Shown in pieces: positions 47,120-59,749 of a DNA stretch of 64,000 bases (within the stretch, counting starts at the first letter, position 1; each line of letters begins with the position of its first letter). Below the pieces are notes generated by a model, which saw only the letters and a list, made by a program, of their open reading frames with translations, was not told where the DNA came from and did no database searches. The position numbers were made by a program, and so were the translations under genes. The stretch lies in contig JAPEUD010000011.1 in assembly GCA_026026165.1 (NCBI GenBank), positions 124,001 through 188,000 on the forward strand, read 5' to 3'. The stretch comes from Sarea resinae (lineage: Eukaryota).

Positions 47120-48374
47120 CGCGATACTCTCCAAGATCTAGCGATCTGATATTCTCTAAATGATGCCGATGATGCCTCGAATCCTTTGTTCGCAGCCGGA
47201 AATCTCTCGGTCGAGCCGTCTCCAGGGACTTGTTGGGGGAGTCAAGGTCCGGTAGCGTCAGCAATTCGCAATGCTCATCGTCAAATGGACGAAAATCGAA
47301 GCGGCACTCGCAAGGAGCTATAAGAACGAACGAACGAACGAACGAAAGATGGAAAGATGGTAGAGGCCGATTTATGTCTGACTATCCTGTAGATGATAGA
47401 GGGGAGGAGTTCTGGTGGGATTCCTCACCCGCCGTGAGATCCGATCGTACGGTATTATGAAGCTTCCCCAGCCAGCCTTAAGTGAGCTTTAGTCCGCCCA
47501 GCTATTGCGTAGTCAGGCAGTTGACCACCTTCAGCGTGCCTAGGGTAGAGTAGTACTCCAACACTCAACCTGAGCAAGTTCGGCAAGTCTGCGGAGAAGA
47601 AGCGAACGATGATCCGGTCGATAATAATCCCCTGTAACATTCAAACACGCTTACTCTTTGAGATGCCTTCAGACCGGGTAGGTCTTCCTAGCGAGAAGCA
47701 GCAAGCACCCTTGGCACCTCATCAACATGAAATCGAGATACAGCTGGAGATGATATTGCTCGGATGGTGCTGCGTATCGTGGCAATCATCCCGATCGAAT
47801 TCGACCAATTCTATGTTGCGGCGGCGAGTGTTTTGAGGCTATTCGCAACGGGACCTCGTCACCCAGCTTGCGCTGCGCATGCTCGATTTCATGCCTTAGC
47901 TCTTCTCTTCTGCGTCTGGCACATGACGACGTCTGGTCAGAAGTTCGTCCGTGGTATTGTTGTGGTATGTCGCACGTACCATCCACGCCTAATCATGTAT
48001 GGAGGTACCTACCATCGACCTTTCCAGTTACTCCGTCCTTCATATAAATATAGAAGGTCGATCTACTCGGAGTACTACGTAGTAGATCGTATCGCCTCAC
48101 TGTTTCTACCCCCATAGCCCCAACATTTTCAGATTGAACTGAAGCTTGTCCAACGTCGCCCTCACAAATAAATAATGCAAAGAAGATATGCTACAGGTGG
48201 GACTGATGAAAAGATCCGCGCGTCTCTCTCGTGAAATCAGGTTCCAATGCAGCAGAAAATATCTTTGGTTCGATGAGCCACCAAGACTGTCAAGAGTCCA
48301 AAGACTGTCGAGAAATTCTAGCTAAGAATTGTCAATCAAAGCGTGAACAATATTTATTTCAAAGTGTAACATTT

Positions 48375-49501
48375 TCAGCCAGCTTTATGGCCATAAATCA
48401 CATGGAGATCCATATAACTATGCAGCTTAGGGTCATTAAATGCCTTCCGAACCTCGGCGAGCTCCAGCTCGACCTTTTCCGGACTCCATCCAAGACCACG
48501 CGTGAAAGGGCCCAAAGTTATTGCCTGCAAAGCTTCCAAGACAACCGGTCGCATGAATCGGCCGACCTGCTTCAGCTTCTCGTCCTTTGCCCAGGGACCC
48601 ATTGGGATCTTATAGATTTCTTCCTTCACGTCAGTAAAGCCCGCTTCTTCAACCCTCTTTCTCAGTGTCGTGGGTGCTCTCATGTCAATCTTCAGATTAT
48701 TCATGGCTTGGTGGAACGAAGTATAGTACTCGAATATGACATTGTCTTCCCTGAGGCTGCCGTCGTCGCTTTTGGGGAAGTAGAGGATCTCTTGCAGCTC
48801 TATCCAGGCACCTGGTTTGAGATGGCTGAGGGATATCGAGCTCCGACGTTATTACACGCTTCTTAAACGAAGAGACTAGGAATTGTAGATGGTCTTTCAT
48901 GTATCATACTCACGTGGAAGTCTGCTTCAAAAGTTTTGGCCAGTCCCTGATTGCCATACAGATGTGTCTCCCGTGAATGTAGTCGAAATGATTTTTAGGA
49001 TAGCCCCAGTCGCTCTCGATATCATCGACGACGAAGGAAACGTTCGGAGGCACCCAGCCTGGCTGTATAGGACTTAGATCTATTCCTGTGATCTGTGCGC
49101 TCGGATATTCATCACCCACTACGTCAACGGTTAGCGGGCAGCCAAGAAGCATAGAGCAATGATTGCAGAGGGAGACGGGAAAGCAGACTTTCGACAGCCC
49201 AGATACCGGTGCCGCATCCAAGATCCAAAATTTGCTGCGGACTGTCCTTGATGGGCGCGACGTGGAGTTTGTCAAGCAAGGCCACAAGCATGGCATGCTT
49301 CAGATCCTCGCGTTCTTGCTCTGACTCGTCATTAGGAAAGGCATATCTTCCTTCACGAAATTTATGATAGCGGCGCCCGTTTTCGAAGCTGTATTGCCTC
49401 ACAGTCGACGCAAGTGATGTCGTTAAGCTACCCGTGCTATCAGTCTCGTAACTCGAATCTTCGACATCCTCGCCGACTTCGATTGGGTTTTGATGCGACA
49501 T
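48375..49501 (-). CDS. SAM-dependent methyltransferase (LaeA-like/TAM, Methyltransf_23 type)
   Basis: YSFENGRRYH..REGRY.FPNDESEQERED.KH, ILDLGCGTGIWA, GIDLSPIQP.WVPPNV.F.VDD, FDYIHGR, PGAWIELQE, GFTDV, PMGPWAKD..LK.VG, ending YGHKAG*. Confidence 0.92.
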
Positions 49502-50989
49502 CTTCAGGAAAGATGTCAATATAGAGCACGATTGATGTTTTCGCGGTATTTAATCCGACTACTTTGAGACTCGGGGCAGCCGTCAAGTATGCATGACTAG
49601 CCTCGGGGCTTCATCGTTGCTCTGCATCTGAGTGCGGCGAAGGAATAGTCAAGGCATGGAAGGCAATCCTGCCGCCATTGCATGCCTGCTCTGTCTTCTG
49701 TCCATCTGTTTCAGCCAATAATAAGCTCTAATCCTTCCGGCTGCCGCCTCGTGCTTCCGGAAATTGGCTGGGAGGACCACTAACGCGAGGCAATTTTGGT
49801 GTAGTTTTGGTGTAAGACACCGGCCATGCCTCCACGATCGATCAAGTACGGCTATCGGCCCGCAGTAACTAGTGCCCATTAGTCTCGCAGCTTGAGAAAT
49901 GATATCCAGTACACGTAAGTCGTAGTACACAGGATTTCGGGAGTAGGAATCAATGCATCGTGTGGAGTATGGTAAGATTTATAGATGCATGTGGCAGACC
50001 ATCTCATTAATTCAGCCATTCAGCTTTTGCGCCATGAAACAGTCAGACCCCGCAGCCTGTGGTCTTCTCCAGACTTTTTGGAAACCCAAAACGGATAGAC
50101 GCAGCTAATCGAACGAGGCAGGTGGTGTTGACCTCCGAACCGAGACCTTGAATACTCCGAACGAAGGTGCTTGCACACAAACATGTCCTCCGATCTGTGA
50201 CGCGGTAACAGCTAACATCTATTTCAGCCTCAATGGCCAATCTGCTCTCTAGAGTGACAGCCCGAGGCATGGACCGTCGTTTCAATGAACCTGAGGGGAT
50301 TCAATGACCGGGACGTTCTGGACCGCAAAGAGATGGAAGATCCGGACCTACGGCGTGAAGAAACCCCACATTGTCGAACTACGAAGTATTACATCAAGTG
50401 ATACTTACATTCATGCATGGGATCAACCTATCCGAGTGGGACTATGCCCCATCGACTTCGTTTAAAGAAATAGTGATCTAATAGTGAAGGCCGTTGATGC
50501 CGAACCTGCATGAACAGAGTATCGAAGCCGTCATGCCTTCTAGCGCAATGGCAATAATGTAGAGGCCATCTCGGTGACTTTGTTATCACTGTGGACGATA
50601 CGTGAAGACTCATCTCCTGCTTGCATTGGTAGGCTTGTGCTGTCAAATAAGGTAAAGGTAGCATACGGAGTGCTCTCTTTGAAGCTCGCCCAGAGAATAT
50701 GGATACTCCAAGCGAGATGTTGACATTCACTGATCTTCATCAATACGTTAATATCATCTTATTCATCCTCCAGCTGTGATTTCGAAGCTGGATATCTCTT
50801 TGTCTCTTTGTTTGGGAACTCACTTTCAGGTTAGTAGTAGCCGCAGCCTCGCCTATATTTGCACTCCGCTTCCTCGCTCCATGTGCGCGCTCGAGGGTCT
50901 CTGGCTGGCTGGCGCACGTGATCCGGTTGGACTTGCCGAATAGAGGAGAATGTCGAAAATGGAAGGGCATCACAGTCATACAGACGCTT

Positions 50990-51022
<33 letters not shown>

Positions 51023-51163
51023 TTAGCAGTAGTATCGACACCAACGACTGCGCAACTCGACAAATTCGACGACAGCGTGGGGCTTTTACATGGTTCACCA
51101 CGTCTATCCTACATGTCCCCGGTAGCATGGCTTTCGGATTTGCTGCCTGAGGTGTCGGAGGAG

Positions 51164-54100
51164 ATGATGGCACTGCTCAACCTTCTGGCCACCATCTCTG
51201 CACTCGGATGGTGCGTTCATACGAAAATCTCTCTCCTCTTGCGATGCTTTAGCGGTGGATCGTCTTCGTGGCTAATTTGACCCATTCTGTCATCTTTAGG
51301 CTTCTCCATCGCGCTTGGCAGATATTCCAGAAGCCGTTGCCGGATCTCATCAACATCCTAGGTCTCGATGTGCCCAGTGCTCCAGATGTTGCTCTGGCAG
51401 GCATCAAGGCGGAATCGATCACTCTCTGGTGGAAACCAACCGAAAACAGGAATTCTGTTGTCAAGCATCTCATACAAGTCAATGGGGTTATAGGTAAATC
51501 GCAATCACAAAGGTGCATGAGCGCAATCTCTAAAACAGTTTGACTTCTAGTTGGAGAGTCGTCGCGACAGGAGACTTCTGTGACGGTCACAGGCCTTAAA
51601 CCAGACCACTTTTACGCCGTTAGAGTCATTGCGACAAACGCGAGCAATTTCCAAACCCCGAGTCGCTTGATACGATTGAAAACCTACACCAAGAAGCCTG
51701 GGTCGACGGATAATCTGGCAAAGGGATCCACAGCAGGGAATGAGTCCAGTGCCAGCGTCTTACGAGATGGAAACGATACCGAAGCCGTCCCATGCGTTCG
51801 CGCACACGAGACACCAGCATCCGCAAATCCGGCGCCGACAATGACCAGGGAGCACAGTGGGAGCCATTCACATCATAAGCGCTTGGGTACAGGAAGACGA
51901 GCGTCACCGGCAAATCTTGGTATCGAGCACGGCATTACGTCGCAGAGTCAGTCTCAGTCCCAAGACCAAAGTACCGACTTGGCCGAAACCGAACAGACCG
52001 TGCAGCAACTTACCGCGATCTTGGAGGGGCTTCGGAAGGAGCAAGAGGAGGTTGACAAACAGATAACTGAGGAGGACGAAGAGTTCGAGAAGAGCAGGAC
52101 TGCATTGATTCAGGAGCGAGATCAACTCAGACAGGCGCTGAAGGAAAGGGAAGATGCGAGTAGCGATCTGAGAAAGCAAGTAGCTGGCTTGGATCGAGCC
52201 AACCGTTCGGCACAAAGCAAAAAAGCATTGAAAGAAAAGCTCTTGCAGCAGAAAATCGAGGAAAGAAGAAAGATGAAGGAGGATGTAGTCCGGTGGGCCG
52301 AAGAGGTAGCCGAAATGCAACAGAATCGTCAAGTCATCGAGAGGGAAAGGCTAGAGTATCTTGAATCAGCAGAGGGGAGGGTGACGGAGATCCGCAAGAC
52401 CATCGGGGATTGTCAAAACACAGTCAAAACGCTTGAAGAAGATATCAGGGTGAAAGGCATACAAATCAAAGAACTCGAGGAAGAGCGTAAGAAATTAGAA
52501 GGTAATGAGGATGATGAAGATCGTACCGAGAGAGATAAGACGGAAAAGGAGCAAGAGGCTCAATGGGAAGCTAAATTACGGGGTCTCCAAACGCAATATG
52601 CGACCGCTTGGAATACTCTCCAGCAAGTAAGCATTTTGAGCATTAGGAGATTTGCGAGTCTGGCGACCCATATACTAATGGCAATCTAGGCCGAGGCCAA
52701 TTATCAACAGGCGCAGGAACGCCTAGCTTGGTTGAACACTCGAAGAGCCAGCAACGCAAGTATCTTCTCAGCTATTCCTCCTGTCGAATTCGACCCTACC
52801 GGCAAGAAGGGCAAGCAGCGGCGAACGCGCTCGCGCAAATCCAGAACAAGCACAATCTCTTCTCCACTCGCAGCTTTTCCGATTACGGAGACAGGATTTC
52901 CCAGCGCAACGGGCATGAACACCATTCCCGGCTTTTCTCCTACTTTCAACTCCACCTCACCTTTCTTCAATATGAGTAATGGAATGGCTGTTCCAGCTAT
53001 TTCAGACCAGCAAGGCCTGTCTCATGCCGAACTTGATTCCATGATTGGAGGAATTCCTATGAGTCCTACTGCCGATGCATTGCTTCCGTCGAATCTACTT
53101 GGTGACGAAGAGCCTCCAAGCCCAAAGACAAGCCCTTCGATTGGCAAGGGCAACGGCTCCAGTACTGTAGGACCTATCTTTCCCGGCCTTCTTCCTGGCT
53201 TCGATGGCATCACGCGCGGTCCGACCTCTCCCGTCTCCTCGAGCAGTCGGTCGCCCAGTGTCTTCTCGAGTCCCCGCGAAAGCTCGAACAACCTTCATAT
53301 GTATCGCAATGGTTCCGATGAGTTGAACGATAACGAGCGGCGCTCCATTCATTCTGTTGGACCTACATTCGGCGCAATTGGCACGCCTAATGCAAATCCC
53401 AGCGGCTCTAGCAGGCTGGCCAGCCTTTTTGGCTTACACCGACAACGCGGGAAAACATTGCCCAATGAGCTTCCTCCATTAGGATCTCTCAAAGCCAGCC
53501 AAAGCCAATCATTCCCGCGGAAGCTGGATGGAGAGCCGGGTAGTCTTGATCCTATTGGAACGCGACGCCGCAGAGGAAGCCATTCAGGTAGCTGGGCTAA
53601 TCCAATGGCGAACTTTCTTCATAGGAATTCAGCCACAACCCCCAATCTTACCCACAGTATTTCTGCTTCTGAACGAAACCCCCAAAATCGACGAAGGCCG
53701 TTCAACATGTTCAGCTCCAAATATGATCCCTTGGAGCCGTCAAAGCTGTTCATGGAGCCGCCTTCTCCTCGTCCCTCATCTACCTATTCCTTCGATCACG
53801 CTTTTCCACAGCCTTCGAGTGATAGTCAACCCTTCGGCTGGCCAGTGTCCGGAGACGCAGGCCACAGGTCCGGTTCTCTAGCTCCTTTGGCGGCGGACTG
53901 GTCGATGCCCGAGTCCTGGTCTCGGCTTCCGTCCCGTCGCGGCTCCGTACAACACGGCTCAAATAGCAATCTTGCATATTCCATGGCTGCGCTAGATGTT
54001 GACGCTTTGCAGCATCGACTCTCGTCACAGACCTCTCCTCCTATGCATCCAGCCCCGATCGGTACGAGACCTGTGTCTTCTCAGCGACCGGCCACGCCCA

Positions 54101-54840
54101 AGCTCAACCCTGCAGCGCCCACTTTCAAGACCACGTTCAGCCGAGATGACTTTAAGGATGGCGAACACGGCGAAAACGACAGTGCTGTTGACGGTCTCGA
54201 TCATAATAGACACAAAGAGCAAGAAGGACAAGAAAAAACCAGCAACACTCATCCCCCCGTCACGCCGGACGATCTATCACCGCCCCATTCGCGCCACTCC
54301 CGCCACTCCCGTGACAGCCATTCTATCCTCACGCAATCCTCCTCGGTCGCAGACTCGCACGACCAAGAATCACTCGACCGCGCCATATCCGAAACCCCCT
54401 CGGAGCTCATGACTTCCTCACTCACGCCCTCGGCCGCCAGCAGCTCTAAGGAGTCGTTCATCGCACGTATTACGCGCAAGAGCAGCTCTGGAAAATTCAT
54501 CCCTTGGACCAAAGAAAAAGGGAGCGGACTTTTCTCATCAAGCTCGGCGTCGAAGGCTAAGGCCGCGGGTATGCCTGACAATCCTCCCGGGTCTGGGGTG
54601 CCGAGTACACCTGACGAGTTGGATGAGGATGAGGCCAACGAGCGACAGTACGGTGGTGGTGCGAGTAGTACGGCTAGCACGCCTAATCCGAATCGCAGTT
54701 CTATATCCTGGAGCTCGTTGATGAGGAAGGGGAAAAGAAGAAATGGAGGTGAAGAGAGAGATAAAGCTGCGAGTGAGGCTAGCGTTGGGGCCAGCGAGAA
54801 TGAGATGGGAGTCAGTGAAGACGGTGGGGAGGATGATTGA
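51164..54840 (+). CDS. Fungal fibronectin type III domain / coiled-coil protein with N-terminal hydrophobic segment
   Basis: LGLDVPSAPDVALAGI....ITLWWKP, IQVNG, VTVTGLKPDHFYAVRVIATN (FN3), long E/K/Q coiled coil, S/P-rich tail with LNPAAPTFK. Introns at ~51211, 51494 and 52627. Start may instead be the in-frame ATG at 51114. Confidence 0.82.
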
Positions 54841-55211
54841 ATCATGTATTTGGTGCACTTCTAGCTAGCTCGTCCTCAAATCCGGGGGACGATTTGTGAG
54901 AAAGAAAGGGTGATCACGTATTTTTCCGCTGCTGCTCTCCAGAGCGTGCAATCTAGTATGCAGAACAACTTTGCAGATGCTTCGCTACGGCATAACGTGA
55001 AAGTCTCGACGAGCCTTTGAGAGACTGCATGAAGCCGACGAGCATAAAGGGCGACCATTGTGGGCGCCGTGTTGATGTGGGGTAGACTTGCTTGAGGAGA
55101 TACCGGAGGGTAAGGTACAGTAGCTACCGCGACCACTACCACCTACTATCGAGGTATGACTTACTGCCGCCGTACCTCAGCAATCCCATAGACAATATCA
55201 AATGTAAAGAA

Positions 55212-56705
55212 ATGGCAAATTCGAAGTGAGTCAGGACAGATGACGATTGACGATTCTGCTCAATCGTGGCTTTGTCGTAGACTGACCGTCAGTGTAGATA
55301 TGAATACGTGCGAAACTTCGAACACTCCGATGCACTTCTGCCAAACACGTGGATCGTCGTGCGCATCGACGGCCGCGGCTTTCACAAGTAATCTCGCCCA
55401 TCTCATCTTGATTGCGGCCAAATGCCAGGACATAGAATGCAGAGGCCAATGAGGATTCTAACGTAATTGCTCAGGTTGACCTCGAAATACGGCTTTGTGA
55501 AACCCAATGACCGCCGAGCATTGGATCTGATGAACGCGGCCGCTACTGCGGTGGTCAAAGACTTGCCCGACATCATCATCGCCTATGGAGTCAGTGATGA
55601 GTTCAGGTAAGCCGTTTATATGTCATGATCTCAAGTTGAGTCTGGTTGGCTTGGACTGCTAATGGAGCGCGCAGTTTCGTCTTTCATCAGTCATGCACGC
55701 TGTTTGAGCGGCGCGAGAGGTATGCAATATATCAAGGCTTCCGGACCTCAAGACTATGAAATGTTGACATTTTGACACAGCAAATTGGTCACGACCATCG
55801 TATCGACCTTTACGGCTTACTACGTCCATCTGTGGCCCTCGTATTTTCCCGAAAGGCCGCTCTCGGCGCCGCTGCCGTCATTTGACGGGCGCGCCGTCTT
55901 GTATCCCAGCGTGCAGAATCTCCGCGATTACCTGAGCTGGAGGCAAGTTGACTGTGCGTCTCGTCCTGCTCCTTCTTATCGATTACTGGGTGGCCAGTAG
56001 TCATCTTGTAGATGGCCCATGTCTGCGTGGTCATCTGCTAACGTGCGGCATGTGGACAGGTCATATTAACAATCTGTATAACACAACCTTCTGGGCTCTG
56101 ATTCAACAGGGCGGCTTAGACGCTAAAGAAGCCGAGAAGGAACTCACGGTATGTCTAACTTGGACTCCCCTCTGCGGAGTTTTGGTCTATCGAAGAGAGA
56201 GGACATCTCCGGAAGAAGAGACAATTGATCCGATTTTCGAATATACAGGGTTCCTATTCTGCCGACAAGAACGAGATTCTCTTCTCCCGCTTTCACATCA
56301 ACTATAATAACGAGCCAGAAATATACAAGAAAGGCAGCGTCGTCTTCAGAGAGGTGCGTCGTAACCCCTCTCGCCATGCGCGTCCCCTGCCTTTCCTCGC
56401 AAGTTAACTTTCGATCGTTCTCACAGTACGAATTGGTCGAACCGTTCACTACCCCCAATACCAAAAATCTACCATCTTTAGAACCCGATAACGCAATTGA
56501 GGCAGATGCTGGAGCCCATGTTTCTGCAGACGCCGCCGCGGCCGACCAGTCGGGGCTCTCGAAGACGCAGCAGGAAAGAGACCGCAAGCGTCGCGCCAAA
56601 GCACACATTGTGGTCCAGCATCTAGATATCATTAGAGATGATTTCTGGGAGCGACGGCCGTGGATTCTGTCGAATCGGCCAGGAAGGATACCCAAGGAGA
56701 CGTAG
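55212..56705 (+). CDS. THG1: tRNA(His) guanylyltransferase
   Basis: MANSKYEYVRNFE...LLPNTWIVVRIDGRGFH, KPND.RALDLMN, AYGVSDEFSF, FDGRAVLYP....[52 protein letters not shown]..RPWIL. Confidence 0.96.
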
Positions 56706-57227
56706 TCGTTTTTGCTCTTGAGGGAATGGATTTGTCTAGAGTGAGAGGAGTTTCTTCAGCTACAGAAGCGTTCAGATTATCAAGTGTGGCGCAAACAATG
56801 TTAAGCTTTCGAGGTCATAGGGCTCTTGGGACTATGCTCTATGATATTTATTTCATCCATGATATCTTTTCGCTCTTCTTGCACGGCTTCACTGGACGGA
56901 GTAGATGAGGCCCTTCGACGTGTATGCGGCTTGGAGCTAGACTACTGCGGTAGGTACTCCGTAGTAGACAGCTCGGCTCGGCAGATCGCTCACCGCCCGC
57001 CGCCAGCCAAAAAAAATCCCAACGACAATATTAACCACAACCACCCACGATCTTTCCCCTCAGCACCATATCTTGCATCCGCAGCGGCGGTCACAGCACC
57101 AGCCCCCACATCATCAACTGCCTCATTCCACACGAACGCAAAGCCATGTGCGCGCCCCATATCCAGCACTGAAATCCTCCCAGTCCTCCCACTCTCACCC
57201 CCCGTAGAGAGAAAACGAGACGACGCA

Positions 57228-58667
57228 ATGGACACGACAGCCTACCTCGTGCGCCACGGCTGGCGCGGGCACGGCCACTCGCTCCATCCCTCGGGCGCCG
57301 GGCTCAAGAAACCGCTGCTGGTATCCGCGAAACCGAATGTGCTAGGCGTGGGCAAGAAGCAGCATTCGCACTCGGACCAGTGGTGGACGCGCGCGTTCGA
57401 CTCGAGTCTGAAGGGGCTAGATGTGTCGCAGACGACGACGACGACGGCGGCGGGAGATGATGATGGGTTCGGCTTGGAGGGGAGTGGTATCACTGTTACG
57501 GCGACCAAGGGCATGTTGGATGCGGTTAGGGGCGGCGGGATGGGGCTGTATGGGTTTTTTGTTCGGGGCGAGGGCTTGCATGGTACGATTGGTGAAGAAC
57601 ACAAGGAGGAGGAGAATGGTGCTGATGCTGGTGTCGGGAAGAAGAGGAAGAGGGGCCAAGATGCTGATGGATGCGATGAGGCTCAGGCCCCGGCTGAGAA
57701 AGCGGCGCGCTCGTCGACGACGACCGATTCGAAACGTCCGCGCAAGCAGAGCCGCACGCAACAGCCGGATCTCTCTACAGCGGCCGAGGTGGCAGAGACA
57801 AAAGAAGAGCGACGCCAGCGGAGGCGAGAGAAAAAGGAAAGAAAGGAGAAAAGGAAGGAGAGACGACAGAAAGCGGATACGCCCACGGTAGGCAAGGATA
57901 AGGATGATGATGGTGACGATTCCGATGCGGATAAGCTCGAGCGCCAGCGCAGACGCAAGCGGAAAGAGGAAAAAAGGGCCAAGAAAATCGCTTCTGCATC
58001 TTCTGCTTCCTCTTCTGCTCTTTCTTCTGCACCGCCGGGGCTATCGCTCTCACTACTGGGCGCCCAGGTCCAAGACCGAGAAGAAGATCCGGACGCCCGG
58101 GGCGAAGAACAGATCTCTAAACCCCGCATCTCACCTGCCGAACCTTCCTTGTCTACCGAATCTGCCGAATCTCCCTCGTTTCTTCCCGTCATCACTGCCC
58201 ACACTACCGACATCGCCTCACATCCCGACTGCAAATCAAAATCAAAATCAAAATCAAAATCAAAATCAAAATCAAAGCCAAAGCCCAAGCCCAAAGACCC
58301 GTCGACATCGGACTCGGGACCGCAAGCAGACCCCAAACCTCCCCTCCCAGGGACCAGCGAGGAGGGGACGGAGAAGCAGGAGAAGGGCTTTGCGTCAGCC
58401 GACCTAATGAACGAGAAAGAGAGCCGAAACGGCGAAAGTGGAGCAGGAAAAGATAAGGAAGCTTCTTCCTCTTCTCCAAAAGCAGAAGAAGAGGAGGAAG
58501 ATGAAGAACAACAACTCCGAGTCGAGAAGAAACGACAGAAACAGCTGAGAAAAAGAGAGAAAGAAGAGAGGAAAGAGACAAAAGAGAAAGAGCGGGAAAA
58601 AAAAGACAAGAAAGACAAGAAGAAGAAGAAGAAAGAGGAGGAGGAGGGAAAAGAGCACGAGGAATAG
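57228..58667 (+). CDS. TMA23: Tma23-like (G-patch-like) nucleolar protein with long charged tail
   Basis: MDTTAYLVRHGWRG...GLKKPLLVS.K....GVG.......QWWTRAFDSSLKGL, LYGFFVRGEGL.GT, K/E-rich C-terminus. The upstream 56826 ORF extension is probably not translated. Confidence 0.78.
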   Translation: MDTTAYLVRHGWRGHGHSLHPSGAGLKKPLLVSAKPNVLGVGKKQHSHSDQWWTRAFDSSLKGLDVSQTTTTTAAGDDDGFGLEGSGITVTATKGMLDAVRGGGMGLYGFFVRGEGLHGTIGEEHKEEENGADAGVGKKRKRGQDADGCDEAQAPAEKAARSSTTTDSKRPRKQSRTQQPDLSTAAEVAETKEERRQRRREKKERKEKRKERRQKADTPTVGKDKDDDGDDSDADKLERQRRRKRKEEKRAKKIASASSASSSALSSAPPGLSLSLLGAQVQDREEDPDARGEEQISKPRISPAEPSLSTESAESPSFLPVITAHTTDIASHPDCKSKSKSKSKSKSKSKPKPKPKDPSTSDSGPQADPKPPLPGTSEEGTEKQEKGFASADLMNEKESRNGESGAGKDKEASSSSPKAEEEEEDEEQQLRVEKKRQKQLRKREKEERKETKEKEREKKDKKDKKKKKKEEEEGKEHEE

Positions 58668-59749
58668 CATGTAGATAGATACCTGATCCCTGATACCTTT
58701 AATTTATTACAAATCCAGAGATATATTGTTGACCTTTCTACTCTCTCTCTCCCTCTTTCTCTCTCGTTTTCTTTCCTCTGAAACAACCTTTATAAGCCTC
58801 TCTCCTCTATCTGTTCCTGCGCACTCTACGGTATCTACTTGCTCTATGAGCTCTACTAGTAGTCCATAAGGCAGGTAGATAGTTTCAGATAAGATAGATT
58901 ATGAGTTCTAGATACAGAGCGCTGTAGCTCTCTTCCCTTCTCTGACACACTATCACAAGTCACTTATTACCACGTAGTAAGCAAATAAGGCATAACGACC
59001 CATCATCGCTCCTTTCTGAATAGTCAAAGCACTGCAGCGACACAAAACACAACCATCACCATGAGTGTCTCAATCGACTGGGAATGATTATATTTCAGTA
59101 AAGGAATTCTTTCTTTTTGTGGATTTTCTGATTATCCTTATTCCCCTTGACCGGCCCCCCCCCCCGGACCGCCCACTCACTCCTCTCCGTCTCTCCTAAT
59201 TTTATTTGATGCAGGCAGGCTCTTGAACCGGAAAAATAGAAATGGAAATCTACAACGCCGCGAGACCGTGCTGCTGCCACTACTAGTGCTGCTGCGCTCG
59301 ATGAGAAAGAAAGTCCTCACCCAATCTTTCAGGGTGAGAGAACGAATCAGACTGATTTTTGAAAAACCCCACGAGAACAACTCGACAATTTTTTGAAGGG
59401 GTGAATATGATGATAGTGCGTGCAAGGGCATTGCGGAGGGCATTGCATTGCAGGGACATGCACATGATGAGGGAGATCTTGAGAGAAAAAGCCATATAAA
59501 AAACACATCTGAAAGAATTCACTGCTGACTTTACCCAAGGCCGATCGCACGCGGAAAAGTCGTAGTGATTATGGAACGCGCGAAAATTGAGAAGGTTGTT
59601 GATACAGGGGAGAGCCCTAAATATACCCCTCTGAAGGGCGAACTCGGGACTGAGGTATGATGAGACTTTGTGTTGATATTAGTAATGGTGAATAACGGCT
59701 TGAGCAATGACTCCTTACAGGATGATCACCTAGTCATAGACATCGTGGG

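Noticed and set aside
57683..58786. Long antisense or overlapping ORFs (also 34722-35657, 10537-11427, 62835-63785, 38452-39096)
   Set aside because: Shadow frames of GC-rich or low-complexity real genes with no independent protein signature.
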